Source of the DNA: Gammaproteobacteria bacterium | GTDB taxonomy: Bacteria; Pseudomonadota; Gammaproteobacteria; UBA4575 | NCBI GenBank assembly: GCA_965243395.1 | Contig: CBDEUS010000001.1 | Location: forward strand, 1,215,211-1,279,210 | Direction of reading: 5' to 3' | Length of the DNA stretch: 64,000 bases | Shown: positions 48,708 through 60,400 of the stretch, piece after piece | How positions within the stretch are numbered: position 1 is the first letter of the stretch | Layout: the number at the start of each line of letters is the position of its first letter | The notes under the pieces: model-generated | What the model was told of the DNA's origin: nothing | Databases searched by the model: none | Seen by the model: only the letters and a program-made list of their open reading frames with translations | Program-made: the position numbers and the translations under genes

Positions 48708-50063
48708 TTATCTTTCTTGAAATGCATTTTGGAAACCACGATAAATAGGCTTTAATAAGTAATCTAAAACAGATTTCTCCCCTGTCTTTATATCTGCTTG
48801 TACAGTCATGCCTGGAATAATGCGATACTTATTGGCGTAACTACCTACATAATCTTTATCTAATGCTATTTTAGCTTGGAAATAAGGATTGTGTTGTTCA
48901 TCTAAGAAAGTAGATGCACTGATTTGTTCTACTTTACCCATGACCGTTCCAAATCTATGTGGATCATAGCTGTTTATTTTAACTTCGGCAGGTTGCCCAA
49001 TACTTACATGCCCAATATCCGATGTTGCCACCCTTGACTCTACAATTAGAATATCTCCTGCTGGAACAATTTCCATAATTGTTTCTCCAGGCTTAATGAC
49101 ACTCTGTATGGTATTCACTGCCAAACCTTTGACAATACCTGATACGGGTGCGGTTATTTCCAATCTTTTTACGCGGTCTTGAAACTTCAGCAAATTCTTA
49201 TCCAGCTCTGCTAGTTCACCAGATACTTGCCCGATTTCCTTTTTAATTGTTTCATTGAACTTACTGTCTAATTCATCAAAAGATGCATATGCCTCTTCTT
49301 TAGCCTCTGTGGCTACGCGTATATTTGATAAAGTTTGCTGATATTGTGTTTCCGTTTCTGCCATATTAGTTTGTCTATCTAAGTATTCAGCGCGTGAAAT
49401 CAACCCTCGCTTAACTAAATCCTTCCTCATTTCTACCTGTTGTTGAAGCACATTAAGCTCTCGCTTTAAATATTTTGCATTACTGTTTTCTCTTCGAAGC
49501 TCTTGTTCACGCTGTTTAATTTTTGTTTGAGCCACGTCAGACTGAGCTAGATAACTTTTTAGTTGTGCCTTGTAAATATTTATTTCACTTTCAACTAATC
49601 CTGGATAATTATTCGTATATTTAGAAAAATCTGGCTCGACGCCAGTTAATATTGAATTTAGTCTTATGAGTTGTATTTTTAGTACTGCATGGCGTGCTTC
49701 TACTTGTTGTAAGTCAGACTTTGAAGCCGTAGGTGAAATGAGTATTAACACATCACCTTTGTTAACTAACTCACCATCGTTAACATTTATCGCCTTAACG
49801 ATACCTCCTTCTAAATGTTGAACTACATGATTTCGTCCACTTGGCACAACTTCACCTGTAGTGACAGCAACTTCATTAACAGGCGTCACGTAAGCCCATA
49901 TCACAGCAGCGACACATAAAAATGTCATTGTCATGATTCCAATGCTTACAGCACCCGGCGCATCTGACTCTTCAAGCTGTATTGATTGAGCAATAAAACG
50001 AGCTCGCGCCCTAGGTACTTCCGACTTAACTTTATCGGACAAAGATAAACTTTCTTCTGTCAT
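48708..50063 (-). CDS. HlyD-family T1SS membrane fusion protein
   Basis: VQHLEGGIV, ITAPVSGIV, PGMTVQADIKTG.KSVLDYLLKP..FQER. Confidence 0.96.
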   Translation of the reverse strand: MTEESLSLSDKVKSEVPRARARFIAQSIQLEESDAPGAVSIGIMTMTFLCVAAVIWAYVTPVNEVAVTTGEVVPSGRNHVVQHLEGGIVKAINVNDGELVNKGDVLILISPTASKSDLQQVEARHAVLKIQLIRLNSILTGVEPDFSKYTNNYPGLVESEINIYKAQLKSYLAQSDVAQTKIKQREQELRRENSNAKYLKRELNVLQQQVEMRKDLVKRGLISRAEYLDRQTNMAETETQYQQTLSNIRVATEAKEEAYASFDELDSKFNETIKKEIGQVSGELAELDKNLLKFQDRVKRLEITAPVSGIVKGLAVNTIQSVIKPGETIMEIVPAGDILIVESRVATSDIGHVSIGQPAEVKINSYDPHRFGTVMGKVEQISASTFLDEQHNPYFQAKIALDKDYVGSYANKYRIIPGMTVQADIKTGEKSVLDYLLKPIYRGFQNAFQER

Positions 50064-52249
50064 CTTTTCATCTCCGTTAGATATTTAATTGCTTCACCTG
50101 GAGTTCCAACATGAGCGACCATGCCATTCACCATAACAATAGCTCGATCTGCTAATTGAATATGTGAAGGTCTATGGCTCACCATTAAAATAGTTTGTTT
50201 GCCACGCATTTTTTCTAGATGATTCATTAAATTTTGATCAGTAATTTTATCTAATGAAGTACCCGGCTCATCCATTAAAAAAATAGGCGCTTGACGAATA
50301 TATGAACGTGCTAAACAAATCCCATTAACCAATCCGGAAGGTAAACGTGAAGTAGTATGATCACCTACTAATGTTTCAAATCCCTCTGGAAGTTTATTGA
50401 TTGAATTTAATATGCCAGCCTGATCAGCTGCTTGTATTAATTGCTTATCAGTTGCCAATGGTTGATTCAAACGAATGTTTTGCCCAATCGTCCCATAAAA
50501 TAAATTAGGTTTTTGAGGCATATACGCAATCACGCGGCGAAGATCTGTAGCATTCATTTGTCGCACATCTGTATCATCAATAGATAACATCCCCGCTTGC
50601 GTACGATACATTCCTGCCACTAACTTTAGAACTGTAGATTTGCCTGATCCGTTGCCACCCACAATAGCTACAAACTCCCCAGGATTAATTGTGAATGACG
50701 CACCGATTAGTGCCGGATCATCATTTTGAGCGTATCGAAACGTAACACGATCAAAAACAATTTTTCCGGAAATTTTCGGCATGATTAATCCAGCTTTATA
50801 ACTATTTTGTTCCGATGGAACTCGCATAAGTTGATTCAATTGTTTTATGCTTTGTGTTATCTGATCAATTTGAAGCATGGCTAGACAAACTCCTTGCAAT
50901 GGTGCAAGTACTCGCCAAATCAGTGCCATGACTGCAATTAATGCGCCTATCGTCATATCACCAGCCATAACTTTCAAAGTACCTAAAGTTAAAACTGAAA
51001 TACCAGCTATAGTCATCAATGATTGTGCAACACTATTAATTAAAGCATGGCTTGTAGAAGTCCTATAAGTGCGCATCATAGCTTCACCTGATGACTCCCG
51101 ATAAAGCTCCAACCATGCGCCTTCTGCACCTAGAGATTTTAATTCCCGCAAACCCGAAAAAGTTTCCATTAACATTCGTTGCCTCGCAGAACGTGCATGC
51201 CCTGCATGAACTAGCTTTTTATTTAAACCAGGAAACCATAACCAACCAAAGATAAAATAAATAGCAATCATGACAATAGGCACAAATGCAATGCTCCCTC
51301 CCAGTAAAAATAGCAAAGCGATAAATAGTAATACGAATGGAAGTTCCAAAAATAAAGTTGCGCTTGGACCAGTAAAAAAATCTCGGATGGATTCAAATTG
51401 CCTTAAACGAGATAATTGTGAAATTACTGTTGAGCGTTCAGTTAATCCTGGAGGCAACGAAAGAATTTTTTTAAACGTTTCAACCCCGATGATATAATCA
51501 AGCCTGCCTGCAAGAAGGCCTAGTGTTTTTGAACGTACAAGACGAAAAATTAATTCGCACATTAGTGCAATACCAATTCCCGCCATTAGAAATGGTATGC
51601 TATTAGTAGATCTTGCTCCTATTACATTGTCATACACCACCATGATAAATAACGGTACAAACATAGCGATGATATTTAACATAAAAGTCATTGCCACCAA
51701 ATGTTTAACAAGCTTTCGAAACCGTTTTAATATCTGGATAAACCATTGATCTGCTGACTGTTCTTGCCCAGTCATGGCATGGGTTGGATGCATATCTGTG
51801 AATAAATATGCAGTGCCCTTTTCGTTTAAGATATTCCCTGCAAAATAATCATTTTTGTGAGCATCAAAATACGTAACTTCACTACTCTCTTTCTTTGAAA
51901 TTACATATAACCCGCCTGAATCTGATTCAAACAAACAGGGCAGTAATGATGAATTTAATTTACTAATAGTAGTTTTTTTCTCGTCACTCTCATAACCCAA
52001 TGTCACTAACATGTTACGCAAATCTACTAAATCTAGATGATCAGCAAAATGTGGGATCGCTTCAATTAACTCGCGTTTATAAGATCGCCAACCTAACTCA
52101 GAGAGTATCGGCATAATACAAGCTGCATAAGGAGAAATTTCTGCAGCTTTTGCAAAAGTGCTATTGCGTATAGAGTTTGCTAAACGCTCCGATAAAGGGA
52201 GACGTTTCTCATCTACTAATCTTTTTATATCTCCTACAGTAACACTCAT
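50060..52249 (-). CDS. T1SS ABC transporter subunit with N-terminal C39-like domain
   Basis: PLFIMVVYDNVI, GGNGSGKST, FLMDEP, SHRPS; non-canonical signature LPSG. Confidence 0.93.
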   Translation of the reverse strand: MSVTVGDIKRLVDEKRLPLSERLANSIRNSTFAKAAEISPYAACIMPILSELGWRSYKRELIEAIPHFADHLDLVDLRNMLVTLGYESDEKKTTISKLNSSLLPCLFESDSGGLYVISKKESSEVTYFDAHKNDYFAGNILNEKGTAYLFTDMHPTHAMTGQEQSADQWFIQILKRFRKLVKHLVAMTFMLNIIAMFVPLFIMVVYDNVIGARSTNSIPFLMAGIGIALMCELIFRLVRSKTLGLLAGRLDYIIGVETFKKILSLPPGLTERSTVISQLSRLRQFESIRDFFTGPSATLFLELPFVLLFIALLFLLGGSIAFVPIVMIAIYFIFGWLWFPGLNKKLVHAGHARSARQRMLMETFSGLRELKSLGAEGAWLELYRESSGEAMMRTYRTSTSHALINSVAQSLMTIAGISVLTLGTLKVMAGDMTIGALIAVMALIWRVLAPLQGVCLAMLQIDQITQSIKQLNQLMRVPSEQNSYKAGLIMPKISGKIVFDRVTFRYAQNDDPALIGASFTINPGEFVAIVGGNGSGKSTVLKLVAGMYRTQAGMLSIDDTDVRQMNATDLRRVIAYMPQKPNLFYGTIGQNIRLNQPLATDKQLIQAADQAGILNSINKLPEGFETLVGDHTTSRLPSGLVNGICLARSYIRQAPIFLMDEPGTSLDKITDQNLMNHLEKMRGKQTILMVSHRPSHIQLADRAIVMVNGMVAHVGTPGEAIKYLTEMKR

Positions 52250-52257
52250 AATTGACT

Positions 52258-54021
52258 CTATTCGTTCACCGCTTGGTTAATTGATGGAGAACAATTCTCT
52301 AAATCTTTTTGACTAGCTTTAAATTTAATTGGTTTTAATATTCCTTCAGTAAGCTCAAAATGCCGGTCACAGATAGCTAAAAGAGATGGTCGATGTGAAA
52401 TAACAACCATCGTTAATCCTTTATGATTCTCAGAGAGATATTTATGTAAACGTGCTTCATTGCCAAAGTCTAAACACGAATTTGCATCATCAAATAAGAG
52501 TATTTTTGGCGCACCATGTACAGCATCACCAATCATCGAACGTACTAAAATTATTTGTTGTCGCACGCCAGCAGGTATTGAATCTACATTCGCCCCACCA
52601 ATTCGCGTATCAAGTCCATTTGGTAACTTGGTAATCGCTTTTGTTAGCCCAAATATTTCAGCAAGCTCTATCGCTTGATCAACTGCATATCCTTCACGGA
52701 ATAAAGTAAGGTTATCAAGAATAGTTCCCTCGTAAATTGTTCCCTGTTGCGGCATAAGTGCAGTTTGTGCGCGCACCGAAGAGCCGTCTAGCGATTTAAT
52801 ATTTTTACCATCAAGTAAAACTTCACCTTGCGTAGGATTAACAAATCCCATTATTAAATTAATTAAGGTTGTTTTACCAACACCATTCGCACCAATAATT
52901 CCAATAGCTTCACCCGGTTTAACATGCAAAGAAATTCCAGATAGTAATTCAGAATTACTTCCTTCATGCTTAAAATGTACATCTCGTATTTCGATTTCAC
53001 CTTTTAAAGTTGTTGGAAGTGAGCTTTCCTTCAATGCTTCAGAGGGTAATGAAAGCATTTCATTTATCTTTTCACCTGCAATATTTACAGCTTGCAACTG
53101 CGTCCATAGTCCCATAGCTTTAAGTGCTGGTTGAAGAACACGACCTGAAAGCATTGTACCCGCTGCCAATGCTCCTACAGTCAGATCACCCGAAACTACA
53201 TATATACTTCCAATACCAACGAAACTCACCATTACAATTTGCGAGAATGTTGCACCCAACCCAGACACTACACTGTTAATACGACTGACTTCATATACAC
53301 TTGCAGCAGATTGTGATTGTAATCTTTCGTACCGACGCAGCATCAGCGCTTCCATCGCCATAGCTTTAACGGTATGGATACCTTGTAATATTTCGATTAG
53401 GAAATCTTGTCTACGTTGATCTGCTGAGGAACGTTGCTCTAGTGCAACTTTTAGTTTTTTTCCTGTGAAATATGAAATCACAATAAATATACCTATTACT
53501 GTGATTGGAATTAAAACCATCCCTCCCGCAAACACAAAAATCAAAATAAGAAAAACCAAGACAAAAGGAAGATCTACTAACATCAAAATGTTCTGCCCAG
53601 AATAAAATTCTCGGACTTTTTTAAGACTCTCCATCTTATCTAAATAAGAACCAATCGAATCACTTTCAAATTTAACTAAATCTGAGTGCACGACTTTATC
53701 AATAGAATTTATCCCTTCTGTGTGTTCATACTGCACACCCTTCCAAGTAAGAATAGCTGAGCGTGCTACACGTAATACACCATCCAATAGAGCTGCGATT
53801 AATAAACCAAAAACTAATAATGCAAAAGTGTCGATTGCCTGATTTGGTAGAATACGGTCATAAACTTGTAAAATAACTAAAGGCAATGCCAAGGTAGCAA
53901 GATTGATAAACAATGATGCAAGCAAAACATCCCAACGTTTCCACGCCGTTGGAACACGATGCATACCCTCTTCACTATTATCTTTCGCTATTAGTTGCTG
54001 ACTCATAACCTGAGCTTCCAA
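52258..54021 (-). CDS. Second T1SS ABC transporter subunit
   Basis: PLVILQVYDRIL, GANGVGKTT, signature IPAG, Walker B LLFDDA, SHRPS. Confidence 0.93.
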   Translation of the reverse strand: MEAQVMSQQLIAKDNSEEGMHRVPTAWKRWDVLLASLFINLATLALPLVILQVYDRILPNQAIDTFALLVFGLLIAALLDGVLRVARSAILTWKGVQYEHTEGINSIDKVVHSDLVKFESDSIGSYLDKMESLKKVREFYSGQNILMLVDLPFVLVFLILIFVFAGGMVLIPITVIGIFIVISYFTGKKLKVALEQRSSADQRRQDFLIEILQGIHTVKAMAMEALMLRRYERLQSQSAASVYEVSRINSVVSGLGATFSQIVMVSFVGIGSIYVVSGDLTVGALAAGTMLSGRVLQPALKAMGLWTQLQAVNIAGEKINEMLSLPSEALKESSLPTTLKGEIEIRDVHFKHEGSNSELLSGISLHVKPGEAIGIIGANGVGKTTLINLIMGFVNPTQGEVLLDGKNIKSLDGSSVRAQTALMPQQGTIYEGTILDNLTLFREGYAVDQAIELAEIFGLTKAITKLPNGLDTRIGGANVDSIPAGVRQQIILVRSMIGDAVHGAPKILLFDDANSCLDFGNEARLHKYLSENHKGLTMVVISHRPSLLAICDRHFELTEGILKPIKFKASQKDLENCSPSINQAVNE

Positions 54022-54051
54022 TTCCTTTTACGAAATTACATACGAATACGG

Positions 54052-54074
54052 CCCATCAACTTCCTATTGATAGG
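54052..54074 (-). promoter_or_regulatory. GGA-loop hairpin in the T1SS leader
   Basis: CCUAUCAA-UAGGAAG-UUGAUGGG. Confidence 0.5.
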
Positions 54075-54097
54075 CTTGAACTAGTTCTATGAAAAAT

Positions 54098-54124
54098 ATA
54101 TCGGCTAAAGAATTAAACTCTTTA
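54098..54124 (-). promoter_or_regulatory. sigma28 promoter of the T1SS operon
   Basis: TAAA-N15-GCCGATAT, 76 bp upstream of the first ABC gene. Confidence 0.82.
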
Positions 54125-54200
54125 GAAATCAGAAAGTTGCTGGCTCGCAGTGGATAAAAGACGCCTATTTAAGGATAAAGGGCGTTGACGGGAGCATAGA

Positions 54201-54233
54201 TGTGGATTAGCCATCAGAAATAGCTAATCCACA
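54201..54233 (-). terminator. Stem-loop between the adhesin/small ORF and the T1SS promoter
   Basis: Perfect 11-bp inverted repeat TGTGGATTAGC/GCTAATCCACA; no clear U-tract. Confidence 0.5.
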
Positions 54234-54330
54234 CCAAATATTAATTTGAAAAGTCTTATCAGACTGAATATCAAATGCTTTAACTAGTAGAGTAAAAGCA
54301 AATATAAATTAAAATAAGTTCTACACGATT

Positions 54331-54432
54331 TTACTTACTTTTTAATAAATATTTTTTCATGCCTTGCAAAAACCAAATTTGCATTAAAACTACTACCATA
54401 GCTAACGTCATCATCCATATAGATGTCATCAT
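54331..54432 (-). CDS. Unannotated 33-aa single-TM small protein
   Basis: GGAGGT SD 7 nt before ATG; MMTSIWMMTLAMVVVLMQIWFLQGMKKYLLKSK*; starts 27 bp after the adhesin stop. Confidence 0.6.
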   Translation of the reverse strand: MMTSIWMMTLAMVVVLMQIWFLQGMKKYLLKSK

Positions 54433-54459
54433 TTTATTTACCTCCATGTAGTTAATAAT

Positions 54460-57400
54460 TTACCACTGAATTTGTTCAACACCATCGAATGTAATTTCAC
54501 TACCATCATCGAATGTAATTACACCAGAGACATCAGAACCAACATCTAAAAATCCTTGATCAAGGTCATAACTCACTTCGTTACCATCTACTGTTATCGT
54601 CCATGGGTTATCGGGATCTGGTTGCGATGCGATATCAACATCCAATTCGACCACATCAGTCCAACCCCCACCATTACCACCACTAAATGAATCGCTGTCG
54701 CCAAGTGCTTCGAAAATATAAACATCGTCCCCTGCACCACCGACTGCTATATCATCTCCTTCACCACCAATTAAAACATCATTACCATCACCGCCTTGTA
54801 ACGTATCATCTCCTGCACCACCATAAATAACATCGTCACCATCATCACCACGCAAGAAGTCATTTCCTTCCCCGCCAAATAACAAATCGGCATCATCACC
54901 ACCCGAAATTCGATCATCTCCATCACCACCGAATAGAGAATCTTGACCTGCATCACCACTTAGAGAATCATTATCACTACCACCATAAATAGTGTCGTCT
55001 CCAGCATCGCCCCTTATGGTGTCAGAACCTGCACCACCATATAAAGTATCATCACCAATGGTTCCATTTAAATTGTCATTAGAGGACGAACCTAAAGCAT
55101 CAAAGTTTTCATCATTTGAAACAATAGTCATAGATAATGTATCAGAAACTGTAGCGGTATCCCCTGTACTTGTTTCTGTAGAAGTTACACTTACCCCGAT
55201 ATCTATATCGCCAGTAAAACCATCTTTCATATTAAAAGTAAGACTACCTAACTGAGAAGCATCAACCTGCGCTACACCATTTACTATTGCAATACTTGAC
55301 CCACCGCTTGCTAATTCCGCGCCTGTAGGAATTCCCGTTAGTTCAATTGACATTGATTCAGATCCATCAGTGTCAACAAGAGAGGCATTAATCAATGAGG
55401 ACAAATCGATATCCTGCCCTGCAACATATCCACTTGATTCATTAAATTGTAAATCATCAATAAATGCACCACGTCCATAAGCGTGCACTGCACCAACGTC
55501 TTGGAGTTGTAGTCGAACATCACCACCTGTTCCAACAAATTGAATTGAATGTGTTTGCCAAGTCAATTCGCTGACAGTATTGCCATCCCAATCAATCGAA
55601 ACTGTTTTGATAATATCTCCAGTACTTTCATCAATAACATTTACATTAAAGTCCATGTAAGATTCAAATCCTGGTCGCGGCGAAACTTTAAATGACAATT
55701 CGTATGCAGTATCTGTAGTTGTGGTTTCTACTCGTTCCAATAAACCTGCATCTGGGTAAGTACCGGCTGATTGATCATCTAATTCAATAAACATATCACC
55801 TTGTGCAGCATCACCTGCAATGTCATTTTCATGCCAAACTTCAATAGAATTACCTGCAGGTGCGCTCCATCCATCAATCGGGCCAGTTTCAAATCCTGAC
55901 GAAGTAGAACCAATTTCGAAATCTGCAGTCGCCAAATTGGTAACCCCATCTGCATCAGTAACAACTAATGTCGGCGCATCCACAACAGCGTCAACCGTTA
56001 CATCAATACTGTTGTTATAACTTTCAGTAACACCATCTTCAGTGATGTCAGTTTGAACAGTTAAAGTAAAGTCATCATCACTGTGAGAAGGTGGTGTGAT
56101 GGTTAAACCTGATAGATCTGATTGATCTAATGTCCAAGTTCCATCGCCATTATCAGTACCAGCTGACAATACCGCCCCTGCTGGTACAGCGCCTATAGTA
56201 ACTACTACTGTGGCACCTACTTCAACATTTGAAACCTGTATATCTAGTGCGATTGCACTATCTTCATTGCCTAACGAATTAGTGGTTAATACCAAACCAC
56301 CTTCGTTTGCATCGGTAATAGCAATATCAAATGATGCATTGGATGTTGAACCATCACTACTCGTTGCAGTAACTTCAATTTGCATGCTTGATGCAGTCTC
56401 GAAATCAAGCCCGCTAGGATCTGCTACCGTTACTTCACCAGTATTTGCATCAATTGCAAAGGCGTTGTTTGGATTAATGCTTAAACTATATGTAACACTA
56501 TCACTAGCATCCAGATCTTCTGCGAAAGCAGTGATCCCAACACTGTCACCTACAGATGCAATTTCAGACACAGTATTATTATTCTCTGCACTGGTTACAT
56601 CACCTGAAAGTTCAATATTATCTATTCGATAAGTCTCAGTGCCAAAACTAACCATTGACTCTACTTCTATAATTAAATTAGAGCCTTCTGGTATGCTTGA
56701 AAAACTGAAATTTGGTCCACCGTCAACATTGCCATCATCAGTTAAAAGTGTATGACGCACACCATCTACATTTGCAATGATTACAATACTATCTTGTGCA
56801 CTACCACTGTCTTCCAGACTTCCAATACTTGTAATATCTAAACTCAATGACAGATTTTCTGCATTGGATATGTCGATAGATTCGCTTTGCCATACTAAGT
56901 CACCTTGCGTACCACCTGCGGAATATGATTGTGAAAATTCATATGCGTCATTATTAACACCATGGTTACCAGTAATGATTGCGCCACTTTCATCTACAGA
57001 CCATGACGTATCTCCAGTATCAGCTTGTGTACCGTCTGCAAAACCATCAAAGTTTTCAGTCCATATTATTTGGTTACTTGTACCTTCATCTAAATCAACA
57101 ATTGGACCAATACTGAATTCGCTATTATCATCGCTGATGCTGATGTTGAACGTCGCAGACGAACTCGAACCGTCATCCGACGTCGCCGTCACTTCGATGC
57201 TCATGGTCGGATTGGTTTCAAAGTCTAACGCCGAGGGATCGTTCACCGTCACTTCACCCGTGGTCGCATCAATCGCAAACGCATTCCCAGGGTTGTTACT
57301 TAAACTGTAAGTAACGTCATCACCAATATCTAAATCTTCCGCAAACGCGGTCACGCCCACACTGTCACCGACATTCGCACTTTCGTTCACCGTGTTGCTC

Positions 57401-60400
57401 GCCGCATCACTGTCGCTCACCGCACTGATGTCGTACTCGTCCGCATCATCACTGATGCTGATGTTGAACGTCGCAGACGAACTCGAACCGTCATCCGACG
57501 TCGCCGTCACTTCGATGCTCATGGTCGGATTGGTTTCAAAGTCTAACGCCGAGGGATCGTTCACCGTCACTTCACCCGTGGTCGCATCAATCGCAAACGC
57601 ATTCCCAGGGTTGTTACTTAAACTGTAAGTAACGTCATCACCAATATCTAAATCTTCCGCAAACGCGGTCACGCCCACACTGTCACCGACATTCGCACTT
57701 TCGTTCACCGTGTTGCTCGCCGCATCACTGTCGCTCACCGCACTGATGTCGTACTCGTCCGCATCATCACTGATGCTGATGTTGAACGTCGCAGACGAAC
57801 TCGAACCGTCATCCGACGTCGCCGTCACTTCGATGCTCATGGTCGGATTGGTTTCAAAGTCTAACGCCGAGGGATCGTTCACCGTCACTTCACCCGTGGT
57901 CGCATCAATCGCAAACGCATTCCCAGGGTTGTTACTTAAACTGTAAGTAACGTCATCACCAATATCTAAATCTTCCGCAAACGCGGTCACGCCCACACTG
58001 TCACCGACATTCGCACTTTCGTTCACCGTGTTGCTCGCCGCATCACTGTCGCTCACCGCACTGATGTCGTACTCGTCCGCATCATCACTGATGCTGATGT
58101 TGAACGTCGCAGACGAACTCGAACCGTCATCCGACGTCGCCGTCACTTCGATGCTCATGGTCGGATTGGTTTCAAAGTCTAACGCCGAGGGATCGTTCAC
58201 CGTCACTTCACCCGTGGTCGCATCAATCGCAAACGCATTCCCAGGGTTGTTACTTAAACTGTAAGTAACGTCATCACCAATATCTAAATCTTCCGCAAAC
58301 GCGGTCACGCCCACACTGTCACCGACATTCGCACTTTCGTTCACCGTGTTGCTCGCCGCATCACTGTCGCTCACCGCACTGATGTCGTACTCGTCCGCAT
58401 CATCACTGATGCTGATGTTGAACGTCGCAGACGAACTCGAACCGTCATCCGACGTCGCCGTCACTTCGATGCTCATGGTCGGATTGGTTTCAAAGTCTAA
58501 CGCCGAGGGATCGTTCACCGTCACTTCACCCGTGGTCGCATCAATCGCAAACGCATTCCCAGGGTTGTTACTTAAACTGTAAGTAACGTCATCACCAATA
58601 TCTAAATCTTCCGCAAACGCGGTCACGCCCACACTGTCACCGACATTCGCACTTTCGTTCACCGTGTTGCTCGCCGCATCACTGTCGCTCACCGCACTGA
58701 TGTCGTACTCGTCCGCATCATCACTGATGCTGATGTTGAACGTCGCAGACGAACTCGAACCGTCATCCGACGTCGCCGTCACTTCGATGCTCATGGTCGG
58801 ATTGGTTTCAAAGTCTAACGCCGAGGGATCGTTCACCGTCACTTCACCCGTGGTCGCATCAATCGCAAACGCATTCCCAGGGTTGTTACTTAAACTGTAA
58901 GTAACGTCATCACCAATATCTAAATCTTCCGCAAACGCGGTCACGCCCACACTGTCACCGACATTCGCACTTTCGTTCACCGTGTTGCTCGCCGCATCAC
59001 TGTCGCTCACCGCACTGATGTCGTACTCGTCCGCATCATCACTGATGCTGATGTTGAACGTCGCAGACGAACTCGAACCGTCATCCGACGTCGCCGTCAC
59101 TTCGATGCTCATGGTCGGATTGGTTTCAAAGTCTAACGCCGAGGGATCGTTCACCGTCACTTCACCCGTGGTCGCATCAATCGCAAACGCATTCCCAGGG
59201 TTGTTACTTAAACTGTAAGTAACGTCATCACCAATATCTAAATCTTCCGCAAACGCGGTCACGCCCACACTGTCACCGACATTCGCACTTTCGTTCACCG
59301 TGTTGCTCGCCGCATCACTGTCGCTCACCGCACTGATGTCGTACTCGTCCGCATCATCACTGATGCTGATGTTGAACGTCGCAGACGAACTCGAACCGTC
59401 ATCCGACGTCGCCGTCACTTCGATGCTCATGGTCGGATTGGTTTCAAAGTCTAACGCCGAGGGATCGTTCACCGTCACTTCACCCGTGGTCGCATCAATC
59501 GCAAACGCATTCCCAGGGTTGTTACTTAAACTGTAAGTAACGTCATCACCAATATCTAAATCTTCCGCAAACGCGGTCACGCCCACACTGTCACCGACAT
59601 TCGCACTTTCGTTCACCGTGTTGCTCGCCGCATCACTGTCGCTCACCGCACTGATGTCGTACTCGTCCGCATCATCACTGATGCTGATGTTGAACGTCGC
59701 AGACGAACTCGAACCGTCATCCGACGTCGCCGTCACTTCGATGCTCATGGTCGGATTGGTTTCAAAGTCTAACGCCGAGGGATCGTTCACCGTCACTTCA
59801 CCCGTGGTCGCATCAATCGCAAACGCATTCCCAGGGTTGTTACTTAAACTGTAAGTAACGTCATCACCAATATCTAAATCTTCCGCAAACGCGGTCACGC
59901 CCACACTGTCACCGACATTCGCACTTTCGTTCACCGTGTTGCTCGCCGCATCACTGTCGCTCACCGCACTGATGTCGTACTCGTCCGCATCATCACTGAT
60001 GCTGATGTTGAACGTCGCAGACGAACTCGAACCGTCATCCGACGTCGCCGTCACTTCGATGCTCATGGTCGGATTGGTTTCAAAGTCTAACGCCGAGGGA
60101 TCGTTCACCGTCACTTCACCCGTGGTCGCATCAATCGCAAACGCATTCCCAGGGTTGTTACTTAAACTGTAAGTAACGTCATCACCAATATCTAAATCTT
60201 CCGCAAACGCGGTCACGCCCACACTGTCACCGACATTCGCACTTTCGTTCACCGTGTTGCTCGCCGCATCACTGTCGCTCACCGCACTGATGTCGTACTC
60301 GTCCGCATCATCACTGATGCTGATGTTGAACGTCGCAGACGAACTCGAACCGTCATCCGACGTCGCCGTCACTTCGATGCTCATGGTCGGATTGGTTTCA

